Notes under the pieces: generated by a model
Told to the model about the DNA's origin: nothing
What the model saw: the letters and a program-made list of their open reading frames with translations, nothing else
Database searches by the model: none
Source of the DNA: Amphiscolops sp. MND2022
Lineage: Eukaryota
Reading direction: 5' to 3'
Length of the DNA stretch: 64,000 bases
NCBI GenBank assembly: GCA_964187785.1
Contig: OZ076409.1
Span: 90,398,001 to 90,462,000, forward strand
Shown here: one piece after another, positions 13,275 to 23,422 of the stretch
Position numbering within the stretch: the first letter of the stretch is position 1
Layout: each line of letters opens with the position of its first letter
Made by a program: the position numbers and the translations under genes

Positions 13275-16200
13275 TTAATGATTAGAAGAACTGGTAGTTG
13301 GCTCTTTAGAGACAGAAGAGGCCCTTGACCTCGATGAACTCCTCTCCATTCGTCTGCGTTTAGTGCCACTAGGGGGTTGGACGGCAGGAGTATCACCCAT
13401 CACGGACACATTGGGGTTATCCAATCCTCTCACTCGTTCAACAGACTCAGAGAGGGCTGTACGGTAGGTCGAAATCAGGGACTTATAGATCTTGCCCCGC
13501 CCAAAGACGTCAACGTAAGTCCAAGGATCGTATGAGGGTGAGAAGGCTGACTGACCAAAGGAACCAGATAGCAGAGAAAAATCGTTGAGACTATGATAAG
13601 TGACACAAGAAGCAAGAGATCCCGAAACTCCAGACAGATAGCTCTGGACAGGCAGGACAACGTCAACAGACCGGCTTTGGAAGCCTGACGTACTAAGAGT
13701 CCCCATACTGACAACGGGATAATCGGGACTACAGGAAGTGGCACAGAGACAGCACAATTTGAATAAATGCATCAGGTGACTGTGGGTTTGCATATACTCA
13801 AGTGACACCAAAAAGTCAATTAAGTCCCGGAAATGTTGGGTGACATCAAAATCTGAGGCGTAATTATTGCGCAAGTAATCAAGCAGTCCCACATACTCAT
13901 CACGACAAGTGGACTCGTTGGTGGTTGTCACCCATGAGCGAAGCAAGAAGGTACTGTATAATATGTCAAAGTGATGGAGAGCTACTTCTGTGGGCCTCCT
14001 AAACATAATGAAGGGGTCAAAGGCGGCGAGTCCCTTAACGATGTTTGAGCTTAGCCCCGCTTGTCGAAGGACTTCGCCTATCAGGTACTGTATGTATGTC
14101 TGCCCATCGTGGACAAACTCACTCCTTATGGTAGACGCGGTCTTCTGAACAAGGGCTTTGTCTACCTTCTTCCCTGAGTGGACACCTTCTGACTTCAGCT
14201 TGCAAGCCTTGGAGACCTTATTTGTCATCTTGAGTCGGGTCAGGAACTCCTCCACAGGCATGAAAGTTCCTTCAGTGACTTGGAATCCCAGCAGATGGAG
14301 CCATGAGTTCTCAAGGGGAACTGTATCAGAATTGTAGCAGCGAAAACACAATTTGTAAATGTAGCGAGAAACCTCCCCACAAAGATAAAAGGAGGAATCA
14401 CGCCGTTGCTGCTGATTGACGATGAAACTGGAATTGTCTGAAACAAGACGGTGGCCTATTCTGGTCCTAAGAAGAAAACCTAAAAAAACCCATTATAGAG
14501 TACTAACAATCACTAATCAGATGATAGAAGAACTCCAGTTTGACAGGGAAAAACTCATCGCAGATGAGGGCCCACTCGAAACTCTGAACCTGAAACAAAA
14601 ACGCAAATACGATTACTGCATTAGTTTAACCATTTCACCATACCAGACATGGGGATTACGAATCTCGTCGATAATAGGACAGATTATGCAACTCACCCTT
14701 GTCCTGACTCCCTGTCCTTGTTGCTGGGGGACGTGAGATGTTAAGTAGGTCGTGATTGGCTTCCACTCGTCTATGAGTTCCTGGCAGAGAGTGGGGAGAG
14801 ACTGGAGGTCCAATTTACAACTGGAAATGGCCTAGAAAGAGAAATTCAGAGATTATCCCCACTTAGTTGGCAAAACTTCAAACCCCCCCATGTATGAGTC
14901 ACACCATAGAACTGAAAGATACTCACCCTAACGAGTTCAGGACTCCTCTGTACCCATTCCTCTCGGAGAGAACTGCCCAAAGAGATAACAAGGCCTTTGA
15001 GCACGGAGAAGAAATCGATGTGCCCAAATACACTGTAGCTTATCTTGTGCATTAGGTGAGGCAGATCCAACTGGCTGAAACGGAAACAGCTTTGCACAGC
15101 TCTGGCAGTAGTCGGCATTCCATCTATGGCTTGAAGCAGACCAGCTGGGCACCCAGAACAAGCAACTATGTCCGCTTTGGTAGAGACGACTGAAAGCAAT
15201 CGGGCAAAGGATCCCAGCTCTCCCGTTAGATCGGAAGATGGTAAGCCACTCCTGCATACTGTCACTCTGCAAAGTTCGTGACCTTTCCAAAACCGCAGGG
15301 ACATGAATCTGCTAGAGCCACTGTCTTCGAACTCCAGACCGAAGCACTGTTCTGAAGCCACATGCTCGCCTATATCTTTTAGAGCGCAATTGAAGAAATG
15401 TTGGAAAATGGCCTGAAATGGAAAACGGCACTTAAAACAGAGCGTAAATTATCGACCAAGAGATATGTGTGAGGAATACTTACAGTTATTCTCTCTTCTC
15501 CCCAGTCGAAGTCGCAGAGTGCAGCCTGGTAGTCAGTAAACGAACTGATTTTTGCCCACATGCTCCTAAGGACTGACAAGTCCCCGTGTGTAGGGATGTA
15601 CTCTCCAATCAGGCACAATTGCGTTCGGGCTCTCGACTCAGGTGTCACTAAAGGGGTGTTTCGGCCTCGGATGAAATCATCGTAAAACGGAAAGCGCTCC
15701 CCGATGTCAACCAATTCCGTATAGATGAACTTTGGCATTTCTTTGGCCAGCTCCATTTTATTCAGGATTTTGCCATTACGACCTCTAACACGGTGCTGGA
15801 CTGTTCCGCTCACTGGATCGACACTCCTGAGGTGCTCGTACCTCCACCGCTGGTCACGTCGTAGGTGTTTTTCGGTCCGATGGTGCCTAAGAATCTCGAA
15901 GGGACCTTTAGACCTAATCGAGAAATTCTTCTTGCACATATGGCACCAGACCATATGTGGATTGTGGATCGGGTCAGCAGGACCAGAAATGAAGGACCTG
16001 GTCCACCCTATCTTGGCGAAGAATTCTTCGCGCATGGGCACTCCTCGCTGAATCTGTCTCTTAGGCCTGGGAGTTTTCTTATCCCGGGAAGCGCGTTTTG
16101 ACTTGCTGCTCAAAGTTTGTTCCCTGACTTCAGAGAGGGTGGCATCTTGACTACTGGGATCGGTATCCAATCCTCCCTGTTCCTCACCTATGGAAGGGGT

Positions 16201-17593
16201 GACGAGTTCAGGCGGTGGGCGGTTTTGTTGTGTACAGGGCTTGTACGTGGCAGTAATCAGAGCCATTTCCCCTGCACTGTCACTCTCCCCAGAATAGGAA
16301 GAATCTCCTGTGTTAATTCGGCGTTGTGTATCCTGGTCGTCTGACTCCCCGGACGTAAATCGCTCAACTTCCGTATCACTTGAATCACTGTCCGCTGGCC
16401 TGAAAGGGGTTGAAGCTCGAGCTCTTGAACGGAAACTTTCAGTTCGCGAGGGTAGTGCTGTTGGTTTACCTCTCACGGCGTCCAAAATCATCTGTTCCAT
16501 GTTAGTATGGGACATCCTTAGGGTCTCATCTGTCAAGACCCGTAACAAATGATAAATTTGTGGTTCCGTGAAAGCTACTGTGGGATGACCTCGAGGTAAA
16601 TTGAAGGCCTTTTCTTCTAGAAAGTAAGTTTTTAAAATAGCACGTGATCTCCCTGACAATTCGGGCAGTTGGTCATCAGGTCCTCTGGAAGTGGAGGCAA
16701 TGAGGTCTTCAGGGAGTGGAGTACTAATGCCGGATTCGTCTCCTGCATTCGCTTCGATTTCGCTAAGGCCAGGAATGTGCCCGTACAACGATGGTCTCAC
16801 GAAGCTGCTGGTCTCCTCCGAAGTCTTCTCTCCTTCGCTCAGATCGGCCAAGAAACGCACCTTAGGCTCGTTACTGGGCAAAGCAGGTACCTCATAGACA
16901 GAAGATGCATTGTCTTCCTCAGAATTGAGGGCGGTCCTAGACAGGTCGTTTCTGTCGTCCTTTGTCGCCGTCAACAACTCGGGATATTGCGAGTTGGAAG
17001 TGGTAGCGATTACCAATGCGGACTCTAGAGCTGTCAGGTTCAAGTGTGGATCGCTTGCCTCTTCGATGAGAATTGGGGTACTGGTACCCCTGGGGATCGG
17101 ATCCGTCTGGGTCGTTTGTCTTTCAGGAATTTCTGTAGATTCTAACTCTTTGTCCATTTCGCCCATGGTCCGGCTTTCTTGGCTTGCAGACTGCTGAGTT
17201 TCTATGCGTTGAACCATAGCGTCAGCATAAGAGTTGACATCGACCTCACTGGTAACACTCTGGGGGGAGAAAAGAGCATTGGCCGCCACAGGAGTTTCGA
17301 GAGCAGCATTTCCAGTTGTAGGAAGCAGTAATTGAGGGGGATCAACTGGGGACGTCTCCCCTTCAGGTGGACAATTCTCTAAACAAAAAGAGATGAAATT
17401 TGGCGGTGAGCTTCCTTGAAAGAAATCCATTTTACCGCGTTTGAAATCTTCCGGAAGTGACTTAGAAATCTGAACGGAACATGTTGTCACGTGTTCAACA
17501 TTGGAAACAGGAAGCACTTAGTGAACAAAACTAACTCTGATCAAGTTAGAATTTAGTTCAAATAAATAGAAACCCACCTGTATTGGAAGACAT
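13275..17593 (-). CDS. Element-borne antisense spliced gene, 1258 aa: disordered N-terminus, BED-type Zn finger, degenerate hAT-transposase-like body. Exons 17593-17578, 17378-15484, 15412-14927, 14831-14697, 14589-14508, 14437-13275
   Basis: Five GT-AG introns (199, 71, 95, 107, 70 nt; donors GTGGGT, GTAAGT, GTGAGT, GTGAGT, GTTAGT; pyrimidine-rich YAG acceptors) join the ORF fragments in phase into 3777 nt with no internal stop; motif WCHMCKKNFSI-x8-RHHRTEKH. Confidence 0.85.
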
Positions 17594-18484
17594 CCTGCTG
17601 CTGAAACAACTTTCTTGATTTCACTCCCAATTGGATAAATCGGACAAGGGGCAGAGCCAAACTTGGCGAAGAGAAAGGGACGGGTTTGGATGAATCCGCG
17701 AAAAGAGGATCAGCGTCGCGGTCGAAACACAGGCGAGTGATTGGACAATTGATGGGTATGGAATTGGATAAAAGAAGATCGAAGATGAATACAATTGCAA
17801 TAAGAATAATGTAGAGAAGATGAAAGGTTGGAGTTCGTGGCTGAAGAAGTTTACCAGACTAATATTATTTGATTATCTACATATTTAAATCTGTACACGG
17901 AGTCTGCCAGCGAAATGTACAGGACGTATCTCGCTATTTACAACCTTGTTACAATTAGTGGCCGATTATGGCCGTTTACCCCAACTTATGTTGCCGCTTT
18001 GTTCAGTTTTCCTAGTTACCTTAGTTAGATTTTCGCCATTTTAGTTATTCAAAATTATTATTTTCCGCCATCTTTATTATTCATTTTCCAAATTTATCAA
18101 GACTCAAATTTGATTGGCTGAAGACATTTCAGTGAGTGTCATCCGACAAGTGCCGTTAATTGCTATCAAGCTTGATGTTGATTGCCCACTTGAAGTGGAA
18201 TTATTTGTTGTTGTCAACTTAACACCTCTTCGCATACTCACTTGAGAGAGCGAGAAAGGGGAGTTACATTCTGAATTTCAAAGGATAAATAAGCCGCCGA
18301 GGAATTCCATTCTAGAAAGTTTACGACGGATCAGGGCGGTTGGCCATGGTCTCTCCCGCCGAAATGGAACTCCGGGAAAATAGCCTGAATTGGCCTGAAG
18401 AAAATTTTGACGAACTCATTCAACTTTGAACCCTGCAAGCAATAAGTCGCTCTGCGAATCAACAAAATTGCAAAAAAGATAATA

Positions 18485-19276
18485 ATGGCTAAATTTAACT
18501 TAGCAAGAAAGCTTTTTGACTTAGAAGAATCGGACTCAGAAGCCTCCGTAAATTCAGTCATCTACCTATCGAGTGACGAGGAGGAAGGCACCTCATCTAC
18601 CTCATGGGATTCCGATTGGTCCACGGACACCGAGGCTATTATAGAGAGAATCGAGAGGGAAGTCAAATCAAGCCCAATTTTAATCGCAGGTCGCAAGATG
18701 ACTGTGGAGGAGCAGGCTACAGAATCAGCAGCTGGACCGAGTAATCTTCAAATGTGGCCGCCTTCGACTCCAAAATTGGGATTCAAACACTTTGACGAGA
18801 AACTTCTGTATACACCGATGAGAAAAGCAGAAAGAACCCGGATAGAACTTTGCAACACAATTCTACCAGTGTTGGAATCACCGTTGTCTCCGCCCGAACA
18901 TGAGAGAGGGCCGTCCCAAGACGAGCTCATGGAACAGCCAGTTAGCACCAGCTTCCACGCATCTTACCACATCCAACAAGTACAGCCGTATTCGGATCTT
19001 AGTAAACAGTTAGGCCGTGGATGCATGGTCTGTGGAAGGTCAGTGGACGAAATTAAACAAGAGAAGGTGAATTGGTACATGAGTAGATCAACACCGCGCA
19101 ATGAACCGGCATACATAACGGACTTGAGGAGAGAAGCCTACGAAAATGGTCTAAATGCCGGAAGTCTTCTTTTCTTAGCACCAGCAGTGTCGCAGGCTGC
19201 CGCTTGCGATGGGACACGTATCACAACGACTACTAACGAACAAGAAGCCGTACCAGGTACTCTACCCACATTTTAG
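18485..19276 (+). CDS. Element-borne accessory ORF, 263 aa, acidic N-terminus with SIM-like motif and a CxxC pair; function unknown
   Basis: ATG-initiated uninterrupted ORF in AT-rich surroundings; VIYLSSDEEE; GCMVCGRS. Confidence 0.7.
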   Translation: MAKFNLARKLFDLEESDSEASVNSVIYLSSDEEEGTSSTSWDSDWSTDTEAIIERIEREVKSSPILIAGRKMTVEEQATESAAGPSNLQMWPPSTPKLGFKHFDEKLLYTPMRKAERTRIELCNTILPVLESPLSPPEHERGPSQDELMEQPVSTSFHASYHIQQVQPYSDLSKQLGRGCMVCGRSVDEIKQEKVNWYMSRSTPRNEPAYITDLRREAYENGLNAGSLLFLAPAVSQAAACDGTRITTTTNEQEAVPGTLPTF

Positions 19277-20196
19277 GAGAATTATTCAAAACTTTTAGTA
19301 AAACTCACTGTTGTTTTATTATATTCATTATGTATTCGGATTGAATATTAGTCTGATTAATACTCGTGTTAGAATTCAAACGGTGATGATTATGTTTATA
19401 TGATGAATTGTTTAGCAGTGCCGTAATGCAATAAAGGCAAGTGTAAAGCTTAAAGGAAACGAGTTCAAGTGAACGAAACTCTAATTCCGGAGACGTCACT
19501 TGAGCTCATTTCATTAGCCAATCAGAACGCTCTATCCTGCTGTGCATTATACTGTCATATTTGTTTGGCCGTATACGGCCACTTGACGCTATACCTTATT
19601 TTGTAAGCGGACCAAAGGCAAATGGCCGGATTAGGCCATTCCAACTATTAGCTTGTGTAATTGTTTAATTTGAGTATGCACGTTATTTAAAGTCATGTAA
19701 GATTATATTTGTATTTAGAAGGCGCTAATGGGGCCATTCAAACCCAATTGATGCAGTTGTGACCACCAGTCATGAAACACTAAATACTAGTCCAGTGGAC
19801 TAAACCGGTCACTTTAATTGGCTGGTATCTTTGTCAAATGGCCGAATTGGGCCATGTTCACCTTTTATTAGTGCATATAATTAGAGTTGCTATCTGATGA
19901 ATTAGCTTGCGTGTGCAGGCACGTGCCTTGGATACCTCACATACCTGTTGACACAAATATTACTTTGAAGTGTCTGAGCATATATTTGCCTTGATGTTAA
20001 TTGTTACGGGAATGCGGACTAAACCGTCCCCCGTACTTTGAAGCTATCATGAGTATGTAATTGAGTGCATTCCTCAGGAATTCTTCCGACCCTAAATTCC
20101 TGAATCACTTTGATGCAATAGCTATTTTTCAATCCTCGTAAAATCTCATGATCCTTTAAAATATGTAAACATTTCAATAATATGTGGAAAATGTGA

Positions 20197-20276
20197 GTGT
20201 CATGCCTCAGGAGGTATATATATGTACACCTCCCTCCTGGGGGACACAAGTTACTTTCTTTTCACAACGTTCAGTT
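20197..20276 (+). promoter_or_regulatory. Candidate core promoter for the gag-pol RNA (TATA-like run in an imperfect hairpin, Inr-like TCAGTT)
   Basis: TATATATAT at 20215-20223 flanked by inverted repeats; TCAGTT at 20271; gag ATG at 20335. Confidence 0.35.
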
Positions 20277-20334
20277 CATTGATATTACCAGTTTTCCGAA
20301 CTAATTCAATATTAACCTCGGACTTTCTTCCTAA

Positions 20335-20925
20335 ATGCCTACCACTAGGAAACAGAAGAAAACAAGGAAATCTAGAGAAGCAGAAATGCTATCTGACATT
20401 GAGAATTTGGATATTATGCTCGGAGGAAATCACTTTGATAGAAATGAGAGAAATGAAAGTGTGAATAGTAATCAGGCCGGTAGGCCAGAAAGCTTATTTG
20501 GAGATGAATTTGGAGATGAGAATGAGAATGAGTTCCCAAACCCGGGAAATAATGGACCAAGTCCAAATACCGAATTAGGCCATAATTCAATCAGAGAGTG
20601 TTCAAGTGTTGAGATCAATAGATTGTCGAGTGAGTTAAATTCACGTATATCTCGAGAGATGGATGAAATGATGAATAGCGTCAGTGTTCAGATTCAAAGG
20701 GCCATAAATGAGGCAATCAGTAGCCAAATTTTGCCTCAAATCCAAAATGCAGTTTTGGCCGGGTCGGGACAATTGACCAAAGAGAGATGGAACGTTCCGG
20801 CCGAGAGACCGAAGGATATTCCGAAATACTGCAAAACTTAGAACCTAGGAACAATTCTAAGAGTAAACAGACCAACGACCGTCCCAAAGACGGATTCACA
20901 AGCACGAATTCTCGTGCTTACGACA
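20335..20925 (+). pseudogene. gag: N-terminal ~197 codons of gag encoded within the LTR (1-bp deletion near 20811 in this copy)
   Basis: MPTTRKQKK...PQIQNAVLAGSGQL runs into the same sequence as gag 6515-6706; restoring one G gives a 573-aa Gag when joined to 6707-7836. Confidence 0.85.
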
Positions 20926-21003
20926 TTTTCATTCCAAAAAAAATGTTTTTCGCTTTTTCAGCCGTAGATATAGGGCCGACTTTAGACGTTCTCGTCTTGT
21001 TTT
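20926..21003. repeat. Terminal fragment of a short interspersed repeat family into which element A inserted
   Basis: GCCGACTTTAGACGTTCTCGTCTTGTTT matches 63970-63997 and the reverse complement of 23052-23082. Confidence 0.65.
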
Positions 21004-21050
21004 TTCTCGTAGCAGTGATAATTTTTTAAAATCCTTAATTCGTTGTACAG

Positions 21051-22808
21051 AAGCACTTACCCGAAGCAGCCATCGTTTCGGCCCGACTTCCCCAGGCCTC
21101 CCGACCAGCTGCCCCGCAACGAAGACTACCAGAACCTAGTGTCTACTTACAACAAAGAGTACGTGGACATTCCTGGCGACTATCAGCGCCCACTGCCCAT
21201 CCCCAACCGCACTTCGTGGGAACCCGAGAGCGACCCGAACGCCAGGAATCAGCCAATGATATCCCTCTTTCATAGTTTGTTTCATGCTCATTCATGTAAT
21301 CAATAATCAATGAAAAAATCACAGAAGCTTCCTTATTGCGATTCCCCAAAAAAATATCCAAAATATCAAGTGGGAAAAATTTTGGCGCTAAATAGATGGA
21401 AAAATGTTGCTTCAAATGATACCTTTTCAGAAACTTTGTATGGAGAACCGCAATTTCATAATAGTAAAGCGTTATTTTTTTCTGATTCACCCGAACTTTC
21501 ATTTTCGAATATGAGCAAACATCTGGTTTTACGCAGCTGTTTTCAAATGAACATGGATCTACACAAAAACAATTTTAAAATCTAACTTTTACGAAGCGTG
21601 TAAATCATTTCAGATGACTTCAAGCCGTTTCACAAACATCCGAAAACCCGTTCAATCAGACACGACATGGGATACTTTTTGCCTCGAGAGCCAATGATAT
21701 CCCAGAGTGCCTCTTCTCTGGATTTCGACTGGAAGTACCAGCCAAGGGCACCCTCTTTCAAGCCCGACAAGGTCTACCAAGAGTCAGAAAAGTTCACCGG
21801 AACTACTTTGCACAGGTTAAATGTTATCAAGTTAGAAAGAAATGGATGTAACCTGGGTAAAACGTAAATTTCTGTTAACATATTTGAATAGAATAGTTAA
21901 TTTAATTGGGGATTCGTAACAGAAATCTCAATAATACTTTCACAAATATTGCCCAATAAGGGCGAGAAAAGAGCAATACTGCTCTTCTTGTTCTCACCCT
22001 AGAGAACCAACTTTGGCACATTTAATTTATCAAGTTTTTCATCCCAGGTTTTCGATCTTTGCGAATCTGTGCAGGTCTGCAGGATTTTTGCAGATATATG
22101 CAGATCTGCAGATTTTTTGCAGATCTTTGCAGATATGTGCAGATTCGAAAAAAAACTGACGTACTCAGAAACACAATAAAACCCCACAACGATGTCAAAC
22201 GAATAATAAAAATGTTTAAAACTGGAGAGAAGTCTCATTCATGTCAAAATGATGAAACATTTTTTGTAGCAATCTGTCACATATGTGATTCAAGTTTATT
22301 TTTCAATAGTGCCAAGTTTATTTTTTAATGTGATTCAAGTTTATTTTTTATAGATGTGACTTCAATAGTACCTGTTGCAAATTCAATAAATTGATAGTTT
22401 GTTGATGCAGGACTTCAAAAAAGGTGATCCGTGTTTCAATGTGACGTCATAATTTCAAAAAATGTGTATTTTAGGGATTCGTTCAAGAAGTTTCAGACTC
22501 ATGACTACACCAAAGCTTTCTCCGAAGAAGATATTGACATTGGGCCCATCAAGGGTTTTAGCAACCCTCGATACAACCGAAAGCCTCCTGAAGGTCCCAG
22601 TATCGATTTGCCTAGTGAACCCATCAAAGTGAACCCAGAAGTTGTTGTTACCACTGAACAAGAAGACACTGGGGGTATGAGAAACAAGACGGTCGCTTGG
22701 GAAGACCCTGTAGCTCCTGTAGAACCAAACAACAGTACTTCAAAATTGGAAGCATACAAGAGATCTGCATACGCTTCTACGTACAAATCTGATTACATAA
22801 TCGAGTGA
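21051..22808 (+). CDS. Host gene, last three exons (21051-21274, 21614-21815, 22475-22808) of a SAXO/MAP6-family (Mn-repeat) microtubule-stabilising protein
   Basis: Phase-consistent GT-AG introns; repeats STYNKEYV, SLFHNDFK, SASSLDFD, APSFKPDKVYQESEKFTGTTLHRDSFK, STYKSDY resemble SAXO Mn motifs. Confidence 0.7.
22058..22146 (+). repeat. Degenerate ~10-bp minisatellite (TGCAGAT core) in host intron
   Basis: About 8 copies of TGCAG(A/G)T at irregular 8-12 bp spacing. Confidence 0.75.
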
Positions 22809-23051
22809 GAGTGAAGCTACTATACTGATGTGATCCAAAATTTTGAAAAGAAGGTCAACACGGGACTGACACTTTCAGGGTAAAAGTTGAGCAAAATGTA
22901 TTGGAACTCGGTTTTGTTTCTTCTGCACCGTTTTATTCAGAATAGTTTTCAACAGATACATTTACCTTCTGAAGTGACTTTTATATCCGATATCAATAAA
23001 TCAATATTTTGTGCGGAGAAAGGAAAATACCAGCAGGATGACTGCACAATT

Positions 23052-23422
23052 AAACAAGACGGGAACGTCCCAAGTCGGCGCCATATCTTAGGCTCAAAAA
23101 TATTCAAGGAACAACTATTGGAAAAATTTGGAAAAAAATTTTTTTTTCAAAAAAAAAAATTTTGATTTTTTTTCGAAAAAAAGTATTTTTTAGGTCGCAC
23201 AATGCCGAAAAACTCATTAAAAAATTTATGGCTTAGTGCGGGATTCGAACCCACGCTCTCCGGCTGGGTCGAAGATGAAAGATGAACAAATATGAAAGAT
23301 GAACAAAAATTGTAAGAAAAGTGGACCACTCAGAGTGAGATTGTCAACTGAAAAAAACAAAAAAAAACTACTCACTGTAAGAGTCGGGCTTTTTTCCTTA
23401 AGGGAAAAGGCGCCGACTAAAA
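23052..23422. mobile_element. Short non-autonomous repeat (SINE/MITE-like) with Pol III B-box and subterminal inverted repeats
   Basis: AGTCGGCGCC (23073) / GGCGCCGACT (23409); GGATTCGAACC (23241) is a B-box on the minus strand; terminus shared with 20970-21003 and 63968-63997. Confidence 0.55.

Larger units (their letters stand above)
1..20925 (+). mobile_element. Tandem Ty3/Gypsy LTR retrotransposon (element A): partial internal copy 1, shared LTR with internal deletion, internal copy 2, full 3' LTR; 5' end lies outside the window
   Basis: 1-6514 repeats at 9705-16220 almost identically; domain order gag(2xCCHC)-PR-RT-RH-INT; 6515-6706 repeats at 20735-20925 and ends in CA, followed by a TGG PBS at 6707 and by unrelated flank at 20926. 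Confidence 0.95.
12902..20925 (+). repeat. Putative ~8-kb 3' LTR of element A (3' end firm, 5' end inferred from PPT)
   Basis: 3' end defined by the PBS junction at 6706 versus host flank at 20926; 5' end from PPT plus near-inverted terminus. Confidence 0.6.

Noticed and set aside
17379..17517. ORF-track N-terminus of the 712-aa ORF
   Set aside because: Lies in intron 1; ATG 17593 spliced to 17378 is phase-consistent
13275..17593. Independent hAT DNA transposon nested in the retroelement
   Set aside because: No TIRs or 8-bp TSD seen, and catalytic motifs look lost while frame and introns are intact; not fully excluded without other copies
18485..19276. env gene
   Set aside because: No signal peptide, furin site or transmembrane helix
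20002..20248. Short TGT...ACA segment as the whole LTR
   Set aside because: No PPT before it and no PBS after it; the real terminus and PBS are at 20925 and 6706-6718
20735..20925. A third element copy truncated in gag
   Set aside because: The break falls exactly at CA before the PBS, so it is better explained as the LTR end
22058..22146. CRISPR-like array
   Set aside because: No unique spacers; eukaryotic intron minisatellite
23236..23256. tRNA gene
   Set aside because: Only a T-arm/B-box; no cloverleaf can be built
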